Part shown: in pieces, positions 10,956-22,410 of the stretch
Layout of the letters: every line of letters begins with the position of its first letter
Numbering within the stretch: position 1 is the first letter of the stretch
Source of the DNA: Lachnospiraceae bacterium
GTDB taxonomy: Bacteria; Bacillota; Clostridia; Lachnospirales; Lachnospiraceae
Reading direction: 5' to 3'
Length of the DNA: 64,000 bases
Assembly: GCA_017480445.1 (NCBI GenBank)
Contig: JAFVAO010000047.1
Span: 685-64,684 of the forward strand
Position numbers and translations under genes: made by a program
The notes under the pieces: generated by a model
Databases searched by the model: none
The model's input: the letters and a program-made list of their open reading frames with translations, nothing else
Told to the model about the DNA's origin: nothing

Positions 10956-11046
10956 ACGCGCGCAACCGCCTCCAACTATTAGGCATTATTTACCCATATT
11001 TTACCACATTTTGTGTTGCTTGTACATTTATAATGCAATTTTTTTG

Positions 11047-11076
11047 AAAAAAAGTCCCGCAGGGGAACCTGCGGGA
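11047..11076 (-). terminator. Rho-independent terminator after guaB
   Basis: TCCCGCAGG/CCTGCGGGA stem followed by a T7 run on the minus strand. Confidence 0.8.
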
Positions 11077-11097
11077 ACTTTGCAACTCTGTATACAA

Positions 11098-12564
<1,467 letters not shown>

Positions 12565-12605
12565 TTATCTGTATTTTTTGTTTGGTTAAAGAATAATTTC
12601 TCATG

Positions 12606-12634
12606 AGTTTAACAGACTTTCCAGACACTGTCAA
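12606..12634 (-). promoter_or_regulatory. Putative sigma-70 promoter of guaB
   Basis: TTGACA-17 bp-TAAACT on the minus strand. Confidence 0.6.
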
Positions 12635-12689
12635 GAACTATTTTCCCGATGTCAGCCATATATTTTTTCGATATTGTCCGCGGCCTTGA

Positions 12690-13184
12690 TCAGTCCGAAA
12701 AAACCTTGCGCGGCGCAACATTTTTGAGCGCTGCCACAAATTCCTGCGACGGGCTGAACAACACCCGCGCTCCTCCTTCGTAATACATTACATAGCGCTC
12801 ATCCGGCTGCAGTTCCTCCCCGATGCTGTAATCCACCGTCTTCACATCGCGGTTTCTGAACGCATCCAGATGCCAGGACTTGATCGGCGCAAACACCTCC
12901 AGCCGGTCAAGGCTGTAGGTTGCCACCCGTTTTCTGCCGGACTGTGCCATGATCTTGTCCACCGTGATCTCTCTGTCGAGATAGAGATACTCATATTCCA
13001 CATGGGAATACAGATTGGCAAAATACGCACCCACTCCCGTGAGCACTGCGAGTAGCAGTGTCGCAGGAATCGCGAACATTGCAAGCGCCAGAAGCACCGT
13101 CAAAACGATCAGTCCCACCGTAAGCGCTCTGGCCTTTCCCGAGCGTTTTGCCTGCACCAGGCACTCCACATAGGTATCATTCAT
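12690..13184 (-). CDS. DUF6106-like membrane protein
   Basis: YVECLV, two TM helices, VEYEYLY...VDKI...RKR. Confidence 0.7.
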   Translation of the reverse strand: MNDTYVECLVQAKRSGKARALTVGLIVLTVLLALAMFAIPATLLLAVLTGVGAYFANLYSHVEYEYLYLDREITVDKIMAQSGRKRVATYSLDRLEVFAPIKSWHLDAFRNRDVKTVDYSIGEELQPDERYVMYYEGGARVLFSPSQEFVAALKNVAPRKVFSD

Positions 13185-13327
13185 TGTCTCTTACTTCCTT
13201 TCCTTCACTTCCCCGTTTTCCCATATGTATTATGATATACCATCCAAAAACAAGTTGCAAGGATTCATTGACTTTCCGGTCAAAAATCATTATAGTGATA
13301 TTACTGCAACAGAAAGGTGGGATCACA

Positions 13328-14092
13328 ATGCCCGTCATGGACGAATTCCGCGAGGAGCGGGAATCCATCAAACAGGGAACGTTCAAACAAAAATATCAGT
13401 ACTTCAAGGATTACTACCGCACGCCGCTCATCATCACCGTGCTGGCGGCGTCGTTTATTCTGCTGTTACTGTTCAAATTTTTCACCAACAAAGAGACCGC
13501 GTTCTACGCGGCCATGTTGAACTGCTCCCCCTACGACAACACAGAGCAGGCATTTATTCAGGAATATGCCGATGCCGCCGGCATCGATTTAGCCAAATCG
13601 AAGATCACGTTCGACACGGTCATGTATTATAAGCTGGATCAGGTGGACGAGACCTCCTATCTCACCTCTCAGAAGCTGGAAACCTTCGCCGGTGCCGGTC
13701 TGTTGAATGTGATGCTGGGAACCGGAGAAGAGTTCGCACATTTTGCCAACGGCATCTTTTTTAAGGATCTGCGCGAGGTGCTGACAACAGCGCAGCTGGA
13801 AGCCTATGCACCATATCTCTACTATGTGGACGGGGCGCTCATCCAAGAGGCCATCGACGCTCAGAGCGCCGCAGGCACCGGCGAGCCGGAGCCCATCGTC
13901 CCCCTGGATCCGAGACATCCGGAAGACATGCGGGATCCCATTCCCATCGCAATCTATGTGGAAAGCAGTGAAACGCTGCAATCCACCTATTATTTCAAAG
14001 ATGCAGACAAGGGCATCGCGCTGGGGATCTACATCAACTCCCCGCACATCGACTATGATATCGCTTTCATCGAATATCTGTTACAGCATTGA
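13328..14092 (+). CDS. Hypothetical membrane-anchored extracytoplasmic protein
   Basis: RBS GAAAGGTGG before ATG 13328; single TM after KYQYFKDYY. Confidence 0.65.
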   Translation: MPVMDEFREERESIKQGTFKQKYQYFKDYYRTPLIITVLAASFILLLLFKFFTNKETAFYAAMLNCSPYDNTEQAFIQEYADAAGIDLAKSKITFDTVMYYKLDQVDETSYLTSQKLETFAGAGLLNVMLGTGEEFAHFANGIFFKDLREVLTTAQLEAYAPYLYYVDGALIQEAIDAQSAAGTGEPEPIVPLDPRHPEDMRDPIPIAIYVESSETLQSTYYFKDADKGIALGIYINSPHIDYDIAFIEYLLQH

Positions 14093-15547
14093 TTGAAGGA
14101 TCTCCCTCACTTTCAGCGGATCCGCCTGTCCCTTCATCGCTTTCATCGTCTGTCCCACCAGAAAGCTGATCGCTTTCTCTTTTCCGTTCCGATAATCCGC
14201 CACCGACTGCGGATTGTCTGCCAGCACCTGCGCTGCGACTCGCCGCAGCGCATCTGCATCCTGCAAGGTCTTCAGACCGTTTTCCTCCACATAACGTCTC
14301 GGATCGACGCCCTGCGTAAACATCACCGCAAAGACTTCCTTGGCCACGGTGTTGGTAATCTCTTTCTGTTCCACAAGTCCGATCAGCGCCGCGAGATGCT
14401 CCGGTGTAAAACAGATCTCCTCCGGATCCATATCCCGCTCCCGCAGAAGCCGCAACGCCTCACCCATCAGCCAGTTGGACACCTTCTTGGGCTGCGCACC
14501 GCAGGCCACCGTCTCCTCAAACAGATCCGACAGCTGTTTGGAGTCTGTCAGCAGACGGATATCATACATCGGCAGGGCATAGGTTCGCTGATAGCGCTCC
14601 ATCCGCGCTTCGCGCAGCTCCGGCTGTCTTGCGCGGATCTGTGCGATCCATGTATCGTCAATGTGCAGCGGCGCCAGATCCGGCTCAGGAAAATACCGGT
14701 AATCCTGTGCATCCTCCTTGGAACGCATGGAGTAGGAGACTCCCTTGGCGTCGTCCCAGCGTCTGGTCTCCTGGACCACCTGCTCCCCGGCCTCCAGCAG
14801 TCGGATCTGGCGCTCCCGCTCCCCCGCAATGGCATTGCGGATTGCATGAAAGGAATTCAGATTTTTCATCTCTGTGCGCGTGCCAAGGGTCTGCACGCCA
14901 ACCTCCCGCACGGACAGATTGACGTCTGCGCGCATGGAGCCCTCCTGGAGCTTACAGTCCGACGCCCCGAGATACTGTATGGTGGTGCGCAGCTTCTCCA
15001 GATACGCAATGACCTCCTCCGCACTGCGCATGTCCGGCTCCGACACGATCTCGATGAGCGGCACACCCGCCCGATTATAATCCACAAGCGAACGTCCGCT
15101 CTCCCCGTCGTGTATCAGCTTTCCCGCATCCTCCTCCATGTGAATCTCATGGATGCGGACACGCTTTCTGTTGTCCGTCTCCGCCGCATCCCGTCTATCT
15201 CCCTCCGGCGTCTGCACGTCGATCTCCACATACCCGTCCCTGCAGATGGGCTGATAAAGCTGGGAAATCTGATAGTTTTGCGGATTGTCCGGATAAAAAT
15301 AATTTTTACGGTCAAATCTGCAATGTGCCGCAATACTGCAATTCGTGGCAAGTCCCACCGCAATCGCATGCTCCACCACCTGCCTGTTCAAAACGGGAAG
15401 AGTTCCCGGCATGCCGGTGCACACCGGGCAGGTGTGCGTGTTGGGCGCGCCGCCGAACGCCGTGGAACAACCGCAGAAAATCTTGGTTTGGGTGGCAAGC
15501 TCTACATGAACCTCCAGCCCGATGACCGTTTCATATACATTCGCCAT
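14081..15547 (-). CDS. gatB: Asp/Glu-tRNA amidotransferase subunit B
   Basis: IGLEVHVEL, FDRKNYFYPD, DYNRAGVPLIEIVSEPD, YRYFPEPDL. Confidence 0.97.
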   Translation of the reverse strand: MANVYETVIGLEVHVELATQTKIFCGCSTAFGGAPNTHTCPVCTGMPGTLPVLNRQVVEHAIAVGLATNCSIAAHCRFDRKNYFYPDNPQNYQISQLYQPICRDGYVEIDVQTPEGDRRDAAETDNRKRVRIHEIHMEEDAGKLIHDGESGRSLVDYNRAGVPLIEIVSEPDMRSAEEVIAYLEKLRTTIQYLGASDCKLQEGSMRADVNLSVREVGVQTLGTRTEMKNLNSFHAIRNAIAGERERQIRLLEAGEQVVQETRRWDDAKGVSYSMRSKEDAQDYRYFPEPDLAPLHIDDTWIAQIRARQPELREARMERYQRTYALPMYDIRLLTDSKQLSDLFEETVACGAQPKKVSNWLMGEALRLLRERDMDPEEICFTPEHLAALIGLVEQKEITNTVAKEVFAVMFTQGVDPRRYVEENGLKTLQDADALRRVAAQVLADNPQSVADYRNGKEKAISFLVGQTMKAMKGQADPLKVREILQSML

Positions 15548-15550
15548 GCT

Positions 15551-17029
15551 CTATCCTCTTTCTTTGTCAGAAACGTTCCTCTCTCTCTCCGTCTTCACAG
15601 CCTGTTCATAGGTATAGGCCGCCCGCAGGAGCGTTCCTTCCGCCAGGCGATCCCCCATCAGCTGCAAGCCGACGGGAAGCCCCTTCTCATCCGTTCCGCA
15701 GGGAACGCTGATCGCCGGCATCCCCGTCAGATTCGCGGAGATGGTATAGATATCCTGCAGATACATCTGCAGCGGATCCGACAGGCTCTCACCGAGCCGC
15801 GGCGCCGTAGTCGGGGCAACCGGCCCGAGCAGGACATCATAGTTGGCAAACGCCTCGTCAAATGCTCTGCGGATCCGGGTTCTCACCCGCTGCGCCTTCA
15901 GATAATACGCGTCATAATAGCCGGTGCTCAGCACAAAGGTTCCCAGCAGAATCCTGCGTTTCACCTCAGCTCCGAACCCTTCCGAACGCGTCTTTTGATA
16001 TAGGGCATGGAGCGTTCCGATATCCTGTGCACGGTATCCATACTTGATCCCGTCAAACCGCTCCAGATTGGAAGAAGCCTCTGCCGCAGCAATGGTATAA
16101 TACGCCGGCACAACATACTGTGTGAGACCCAGATCAAAATACTCCACCACTGCCCCGTTTGCCCGGAATACCTCTGCCGCATCCTGTACAGCCTTCCGCA
16201 CACCCGGCTGCAGACCTTCCGTGAAATAATCCGCAGGCACCCCGATCCGCATTCCTTCCACATCCTGCCGCAGCGCAGCCTTGAAACCGGTCTGCTCTCC
16301 ACGGTCAACCGATGTGGCATCTCTGTCATCCCGTCCTGCGATCACATCCAGGATCGCCGCACAATCCCGCACATCTCTCCCCAGCGGTCCGATCTGATCC
16401 ATGGAGGAGGCGTATGACACCAAGCCATACCGTGACACGGTTCCGTAGGTAGGCTTCAACCCCACCACACCACAGTGCGATGCCGGCTGCCGCACAGATC
16501 CCCCGGTGTCCGTCCCCAGTGCCGCAAAGCACTCTCCCGCCGCGACTGCCGCCGCGGATCCGCCGGAGGATCCCCCCGGCACACACGCCGGATCGCAGGG
16601 ATTGTGGGTGACACCAAAATAAGAAGTCTCCGTGGTACTCCCCATGGCGAATTCATCCATATTGGTCTTGCCGATGATGACTGCCCCTGCTGCCTCCAGA
16701 CGTTCTACCGCCGCAGCACTGTATGTCGGCACAAATTGTTCCAGCATTCTGGAGCCGCAGGTGGTGCGGATGCCTTTTGTACAGAGATTGTCTTTCACAG
16801 CAAAAGGCACCCCCGCAAACGGTCCTATCTGCTCGCCCGCTTCAATCCTCCTTTGCAGTGTTGCAGCCCGCTTCAGTGCCTTCTCCCGCTCAACCGTGAT
16901 GTAACAATTCCACTTTGCTTCCTCTGCGTCTATCCTTTGCCAGACAGCCTCCAACGCCTCCACGGTTCCGATTTTTCTATGTCTTATGCACTCCGCCAGT
17001 TCCACGGCAGTGTATTGCAAAATGTCCAT
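15551..17029 (-). CDS. gatA: Asp/Glu-tRNA amidotransferase subunit A
   Basis: Amidase signature GKTNMDEFAMGS, GGSSGGS, GTDTGGSVRQPA. Confidence 0.97.
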   Translation of the reverse strand: MDILQYTAVELAECIRHRKIGTVEALEAVWQRIDAEEAKWNCYITVEREKALKRAATLQRRIEAGEQIGPFAGVPFAVKDNLCTKGIRTTCGSRMLEQFVPTYSAAAVERLEAAGAVIIGKTNMDEFAMGSTTETSYFGVTHNPCDPACVPGGSSGGSAAAVAAGECFAALGTDTGGSVRQPASHCGVVGLKPTYGTVSRYGLVSYASSMDQIGPLGRDVRDCAAILDVIAGRDDRDATSVDRGEQTGFKAALRQDVEGMRIGVPADYFTEGLQPGVRKAVQDAAEVFRANGAVVEYFDLGLTQYVVPAYYTIAAAEASSNLERFDGIKYGYRAQDIGTLHALYQKTRSEGFGAEVKRRILLGTFVLSTGYYDAYYLKAQRVRTRIRRAFDEAFANYDVLLGPVAPTTAPRLGESLSDPLQMYLQDIYTISANLTGMPAISVPCGTDEKGLPVGLQLMGDRLAEGTLLRAAYTYEQAVKTERERNVSDKERG

Positions 17030-17034
17030 GTTCT

Positions 17035-17322
17035 CTACCCTTCAAATGTCTGCGGCACCACAAACATGCCATCCTTCACAAGCTGCGCGTTCGCCAGCAT
17101 CTCCTCCCGCATATCTCCATTCACCACAACATCCTCCCGGAACACATTTTCCGCCGAGAACACGTGGGACATCGGTTCTGTCTCCGCTGTATCCAGTTCG
17201 TTCATAAGGTCGATATAACCGAGCATCTTGCGCATATCCTGCTTTGCCTGCTCACGCTCTGTCTCCGAGAGCTCAAGCTTCGCCAGAAGTGCAATCTTCG
17301 CTATGGTCTCATCCGTTATCAT
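17035..17322 (-). CDS. gatC: Asp/Glu-tRNA amidotransferase subunit C
   Basis: IALLAKLEL...ELDT...PM...REDVV...FVVP; adjacent to gatA. Confidence 0.92.
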   Translation of the reverse strand: MITDETIAKIALLAKLELSETEREQAKQDMRKMLGYIDLMNELDTAETEPMSHVFSAENVFREDVVVNGDMREEMLANAQLVKDGMFVVPQTFEG

Positions 17323-17401
17323 TTCCCCTGCTCCTTTCGGCGCCCTTTGCCCGCCTCTCACTTTGACACAAACCGAACGGCATATCACCTGTCACAAGTG
17401 C

Positions 17402-17437
17402 ATCAAATGTTCTTGATCGGATCAAATGTTCTTGATC
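17402..17437. repeat. 17-bp direct repeat duplicating the dapL 3' end
   Basis: atcaaatgttcttgatc at 17402-17418 and 17421-17437. Confidence 0.9.
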
Positions 17438-18636
17438 CTTTCTACCGCTTCCACCGTATTTTCGTAGCTTCCGAATGCAGTCAGGCGGAAGTAGGTTTCT
17501 CCGCTGGGACCAAAACCGGCTCCCGGCGTTCCTACCACATGCACGGTCTCCAGCAGATAGTCAAAAAATTCCCAGCTTGTCATGCCCTTCGGCGCCTTCA
17601 GCCAGATATACGGCGCATTCACGCCGCCGGACACGGTGTAGCCGGCTTCACGCAGTCCGGTCAAAATATACCGGGCGTTGTTCATGTAGTAAGCGACCTG
17701 TTGCTTGAGCTGCGCCTTGCCCGCCTCGGAATACACAGCTTCTCCGGCCCGCTGCACGATATAAGGCGCACCGTTAAACTTCGTGCCGTGCCGTCTCGCC
17801 CACAGGCCATGCAGCGCCACATCGCCGCATTTCAGATCTCTGGGCACCACCGTGAAGCCCAGGCGCACGCCGGTAAAGCCCGCATTTTTGGAAAAAGAAC
17901 GCAGCTCGATGGCGCAGGTTCTGGCGCCTTCACACTCATAGATACTGTGAGGCACATCCGCCTCGGAAATATATGCCTCATAGGCTGCGTCATAAATGAT
18001 CACCGCACCTACCTTGTTCGCATAATCCACCCACTCCTGCAGCTGTGCCTTCGTGATCGTCGCACCCGTGGGATTGTTGGGAAAGCACAGATAGATCATG
18101 TCCGGCGTCTCCTTCGGCAGTTCCGGTGCAAAGCCATTCTCCGCCACACAAGGCATATAGATCACATCCGACCAGGTCTCTTTGTCCGGATCATAGGTGC
18201 CCGTCCGCCCCGCCATCACATTGGAATCCACATACACCGGATACACCGGGTCGCACACGGCGATCCGATTGCCTGTCCCAAAGATCTCCTGAATATTGCC
18301 GGAATCACTTTTGGCACCGTCGGAGATAAAAATTTCGTCCGCCTCCACATGGCATCCGCGCGCCTTGTAATCATACTCCGCAATGGTGCTGCGCAGGAAT
18401 TCATATCCCAGATCCGGCGCATAGCCGCGAAATGTCTCGGCGGCGCCCATCTCATCCACCGCCTTGTGCAGCGCCTCTATGATCGCCGGCGCCAAAGGCT
18501 GCGTCACATCGCCGATCCCCAGGCGGATGATCTTTGCATCCGGATGCGCCGCCGCATAGGCGTTCACTTTTTTGCCGATTGTAGAAAACAGATAACTCCC
18601 CGGTAATTTTAAGTAATTCTCATTGATCTGAAACAT
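17422..18636 (-). CDS. dapL: LL-diaminopimelate aminotransferase
   Basis: [41 protein letters not shown]; next to dapF. Confidence 0.95.
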   Translation of the reverse strand: MFQINENYLKLPGSYLFSTIGKKVNAYAAAHPDAKIIRLGIGDVTQPLAPAIIEALHKAVDEMGAAETFRGYAPDLGYEFLRSTIAEYDYKARGCHVEADEIFISDGAKSDSGNIQEIFGTGNRIAVCDPVYPVYVDSNVMAGRTGTYDPDKETWSDVIYMPCVAENGFAPELPKETPDMIYLCFPNNPTGATITKAQLQEWVDYANKVGAVIIYDAAYEAYISEADVPHSIYECEGARTCAIELRSFSKNAGFTGVRLGFTVVPRDLKCGDVALHGLWARRHGTKFNGAPYIVQRAGEAVYSEAGKAQLKQQVAYYMNNARYILTGLREAGYTVSGGVNAPYIWLKAPKGMTSWEFFDYLLETVHVVGTPGAGFGPSGETYFRLTAFGSYENTVEAVERIKNI

Positions 18637-18716
18637 CTTTTATCCCGTCCTTTCCATGTGTCCTTATGCCTGCGCCCAGATATCTGCCCTGCGCGCATCT
18701 TTTGGCGAATGTGCTT

Positions 18717-19583
18717 CTACGGCACATCCACTTCCCCGTCGAATACAATCTCCGCCGGTCCCGTCATATAGACCAGATCCTGTTCTCTGTCCCATTTGAT
18801 CTGCAGCGCACCGCCCAGCACCTGCACGGTGATCTCCGTATCCGTCAGGCCGTTCAGCACGCAGGCCACCGCCGTCGCACAACAGCCGGTACCGCAGGCG
18901 AGCGTCTCCCCGGTGCCGCGCTCCCACACGCGCATGAAGACATGCTGCCTGTCGATCACCTCCACAAACTCTGTGTTGGTGCGATTGGGAAACGCCGCAT
19001 GATGTTCAAAGTGCGGTCCCACCTGCTCAATCGCCAGATCCGCCACGTGATCCATAAACACAACCGCATGCGGGTTCCCCATGGACACACAGGTCATATA
19101 ATAGGTCTGTCCCGCGACCTCGATGGGTACCTGCACCGCCTGCTGCGCCTCCGCTGCACATCGCACCGGAATCTGCTCCGGCGTCAGAATCGGACTGCCC
19201 ATATTTACGCGCACCATGCGCACACTGCCTCTGGATGTCTCAGTCTTCCCCTCGATGGTCAGATCCAGATATTTGATCTTGCCGGCGCTGACAATCGAAA
19301 TGTGTTCCGCATCGGTCAGCCCTTTGTCATACACGTATTTCGCCACACAGCGGATCCCGTTTCCGCACATTTCGGAGCGGCTCCCGTCCGCATTGTACAT
19401 CTCCATCTCAAAATCCGCTTCCTCGGCGGGATTGATAAAAATGACGCCGTCACCGCCAATGCCGAAATGCCGGTCGCTGAGTTTCCGCACCAGCTCCGGC
19501 TTTTGCTCCGCCGGCACCTTTTCCGTAAATCCGTTCACGTATACATAGTCGTTGCCGCAACCCTGCATCTTGGTAAATTTCAT
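18717..19583 (-). CDS. dapF: Diaminopimelate epimerase
   Basis: KMQGCGNDY, NADGSRSEMCGNG, SMGNPH, ERGTGETLACGTG. Confidence 0.96.
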   Translation of the reverse strand: MKFTKMQGCGNDYVYVNGFTEKVPAEQKPELVRKLSDRHFGIGGDGVIFINPAEEADFEMEMYNADGSRSEMCGNGIRCVAKYVYDKGLTDAEHISIVSAGKIKYLDLTIEGKTETSRGSVRMVRVNMGSPILTPEQIPVRCAAEAQQAVQVPIEVAGQTYYMTCVSMGNPHAVVFMDHVADLAIEQVGPHFEHHAAFPNRTNTEFVEVIDRQHVFMRVWERGTGETLACGTGCCATAVACVLNGLTDTEITVQVLGGALQIKWDREQDLVYMTGPAEIVFDGEVDVP

Positions 19584-19600
19584 GATTGTATGATTCCTTT

Positions 19601-20149
19601 CTATTTTGACAACATGGTCAGCACCATCTGTGCCGCCTCCGCCATATTGGTCCCGCTGTCCATACTGCTTTTTTGCAGATAGCGGTGGGCTTCCTCTTCC
19701 GTCATATGATTCCGTTCCATGAGGAGTGCCTTCGCCGCCCGGATATCCGCTTCCTCCTCGGGCGTGCGCACTTTCGGCTGCAGGCGTTTTCTCCTGCGCC
19801 TTCTCTCAATATTATCAGACATCATATTGACGGTGTCAATCAGATCGTGCACTTTGAGCGGCATGGAGAGACAGACGATATTGTTGCCGTAACACTCACT
19901 CACCACCGCCTGCGATGCCAAAAGCAGCATTTCGAAACCGTTCGGCAGGCATTCCTGCAACTGATCATACATCATATCCGCCAGCTTGTAGCCGCAGATC
20001 AGAATGCCGTCGTGCAATCCGTCCGCCTGACTCAAAGCCTGTGCGCCCGTTGTGGTAATACCGGTCACCGAGATGCCGTTTCGCACCAGAATATTTTTGA
20101 TATTCTTGGCGTCATCCAATTTCGACAGCGCCACAATCACGTTCGTCAA
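19601..20149 (-). CDS. ANTAR-domain antiterminator (NitR/AmiR-like, pseudo-receiver N-terminus)
   Basis: C-terminal IRAAKALLMERNHMTEEEAHRYLQKSSMD; immediately downstream of glnA. Confidence 0.9.
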   Translation of the reverse strand: MTNVIVALSKLDDAKNIKNILVRNGISVTGITTTGAQALSQADGLHDGILICGYKLADMMYDQLQECLPNGFEMLLLASQAVVSECYGNNIVCLSMPLKVHDLIDTVNMMSDNIERRRRRKRLQPKVRTPEEEADIRAAKALLMERNHMTEEEAHRYLQKSSMDSGTNMAEAAQMVLTMLSK

Positions 20150-20211
20150 ATGCCCACCTCCTCTCCCGATTTTTCAAATGCGTCCCGATCCGAAGTCTCT
20201 CCGCAGGCCTT

Positions 20212-21543
20212 TTAATATTTATTGAGGTACTCTGTGATCTCCCACCGGGAAACCTCTGCGCGATAGCGGTTCCACTCCTCGCGCTTTGCCGCAATGTACT
20301 TCGGCGCCAGATGACCGCCCAGCACATCGCAGATATAGGTGTCCCGCTCCAACTCATCCAGCGCCTCCGCCAGACTGGAGGGCAGATGTTCGATGCCGGC
20401 CTGCTCCCGCTCCTCGTCCGTCATGGCAAAGATATTCCCACTCACGCGCGCAGGCGGCATGATCTGATTCCTGATCCCGTCAAGTCCTGCCATCAGGCAG
20501 ACAGCCAGGGTCAGATAGGGATTGGCGGCGGAATCCGGACTGCGCAGTTCCACCCGGGTTCCCTCCCCCGCCACCATGGGAATCCTGATCAGCGGGCTTC
20601 GATTGGTGGTGCTCCACGCAATGTAAACCGGCGCCTCAAATCCCGGCACCAGACGCTTATAGGAATTCACCAGCGGATTCGTGATGGCCGCCATGCCCTT
20701 GATATGCTTCATCAGACCGCCGATGAACCAATATGCCTCCTTACTCAATCCGAGCTCATCCTGTGCATCCGCAAACACATTTTTGCCGTCCCTGTGCAAT
20801 GACATATTGATATGCATGCCGGAACCGTTGACACCGGACTTGGGCTTGGGCATGAAGGTTGCGTGCAGTCCGTGGCGTCTGGCGATGGTGCGCACCGCCA
20901 GCTTGAAGGTCATGATATTGTCTGCCGTCTGCAGAGCCTCGTCATACTGGAAATCAATTTCATGCTGCGCCGGGGCCATCTCATGATGGGACGCCTCCAC
21001 CACGAAATCCATGTCCTCCAGTGTCATGACCATGTCACGCCTTGCGTTCTCCCCGAAATCCAGCGGCCCAATGTCAAAGTATCCGGCCTGCTCGTTGGTC
21101 TCGGTGGTCGGCATCGTATCCTCGTCCGTGTTAAAGAGGAAAAACTCGCACTCCGGTCCCACCTGGAACGTATAGCCAAGCTCCGCTGCCTTTTGCACCG
21201 CCCGCTGCAGGATATATCTGGGATCCCCCTCAAAGTGCTTTCCGTCCGGATGATAGACATCGCACAGCATTCTGGCCACTTTGCCCTGCTGCGGCCTCCA
21301 TGGAAAGATCTCAAAGGTACTGCAATCCGGATACAGATACATATCTGACTCCTCGATCCGCACAAACCCATCGATGGCGGACCCGTCAAACATACACTGG
21401 TTGTTCAATGCACGCTGCAGCTGACTTGCGGTGATCGCCACATTTTTTAAGTTGCCAAACATATCCGTAAACTGTAGACGGATAAACTCCACATCCTCTT
21501 CCTCCACCAAACGGATAATATCGTCTCTGGTATAATGGTTCAT
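20212..21543 (-). CDS. glnA: Glutamine synthetase type I
   Basis: FIRLQFTD, FDGSAIDG, HHEMAPAQHEI, FMPKP...NGSGMH, NSYKRLVPGFEAP, RVELRSPD. Confidence 0.97.
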   Translation of the reverse strand: MNHYTRDDIIRLVEEEDVEFIRLQFTDMFGNLKNVAITASQLQRALNNQCMFDGSAIDGFVRIEESDMYLYPDCSTFEIFPWRPQQGKVARMLCDVYHPDGKHFEGDPRYILQRAVQKAAELGYTFQVGPECEFFLFNTDEDTMPTTETNEQAGYFDIGPLDFGENARRDMVMTLEDMDFVVEASHHEMAPAQHEIDFQYDEALQTADNIMTFKLAVRTIARRHGLHATFMPKPKSGVNGSGMHINMSLHRDGKNVFADAQDELGLSKEAYWFIGGLMKHIKGMAAITNPLVNSYKRLVPGFEAPVYIAWSTTNRSPLIRIPMVAGEGTRVELRSPDSAANPYLTLAVCLMAGLDGIRNQIMPPARVSGNIFAMTDEEREQAGIEHLPSSLAEALDELERDTYICDVLGGHLAPKYIAAKREEWNRYRAEVSRWEITEYLNKY

Positions 21544-21620
21544 CTTTACCTGCCTTTCTCCGGGCATCCCCGATTCGCATACGTCCCAGCGGACGCAATT
21601 TCCTATAATGATTCGAGTGC

Positions 21621-21665
21621 AAAAAAGGGCGCTCTTACCCTTGCACGTAAGAACACCCTTGTTCT
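21621..21665 (-). promoter_or_regulatory. Leader terminator with overlapping ANTAR-type hexaloop hairpin
   Basis: 14-bp stem AAGGGTGTTCTTAC/GTAAGAGCGCCCTT plus T run; AGAAC-AAGGGT-GTTCT hairpin overlaps its 5' arm. Confidence 0.65.
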
Positions 21666-21672
21666 ATATGTT

Positions 21673-21701
21673 ATCTTAGTATTTCTGCACAAAAATGTCA
21701 A
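21673..21701 (-). promoter_or_regulatory. Sigma-70 promoter of glnA operon
   Basis: TTGACA-17 bp-TAAGAT. Confidence 0.7.
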
Positions 21702-21973
21702 GGCAGAATGCACAATTCCTCCTGCCTGCCCTCCTTGCTGCTAGTACATATATTTACTATTCTGGAACGAACTCCACCGCTGCATTTATACTAAAGCCGC
21801 TCATCTTTATCGCTTCAAAACAGTTTCAAGACATATTACAACCATTCTATGCTGTATTGCAGGCTTCTGTTTTGTTTATAATAGGGGCAGGGATTGGTTA
21901 AAACCATATTTTGACCCGAACCGGTCTCTGTGCGAATGAATTTTATATCTGACATACCAAAGAGGATCAACCA

Positions 21974-22315
21974 TTGAGTAATCGCATAAAAGAGTTAAGA
22001 ACAGAAAAGAAGATCACACAGTTGCAGCTGAGCATTGCGCTCGGTGTGACACAGGAGACAATCAGCGCCTATGAGCATGACCGCCATATGCCCAGTCTTT
22101 CTGCGCTGATGAAAATGTCGGAGCTGTTCGACGCCAGCATGGACTATATCATGGGCCTTTCCAATGTGCGGCATATGCCGCTTGACACGGAAGGTGACTC
22201 CGGTGATTCGGAACAGAAAAACAAACTGATCTACTTTTACTCGCGCCTCGGCACCAAGAACAAAGCGCGTCTGCTGGCGTATGCTCAGGGACTTTGGGAT
22301 TCCCGGAAAGAATAA
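21974..22315 (+). CDS. XRE family HTH regulator
   Basis: RIKELRTEKKITQLQLS...VTQETISAYE...SMDYIMGLS. Confidence 0.9.
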   Translation: MSNRIKELRTEKKITQLQLSIALGVTQETISAYEHDRHMPSLSALMKMSELFDASMDYIMGLSNVRHMPLDTEGDSGDSEQKNKLIYFYSRLGTKNKARLLAYAQGLWDSRKE

Positions 22316-22410
22316 AACCATTTTTATCTTGCATAAACGTTTCCCTGCACTCATATGTTTAGAAAAAAGCAAATGCCCCCGGACACTCTGGGGGCCAGGG
22401 AGAACCGTAC

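Noticed and set aside
14093-18606. 636-aa and 563-aa plus-strand ORFs
   Set aside because: Antisense to gatB/gatA/gatC/dapL; expected from GC-rich codon usage
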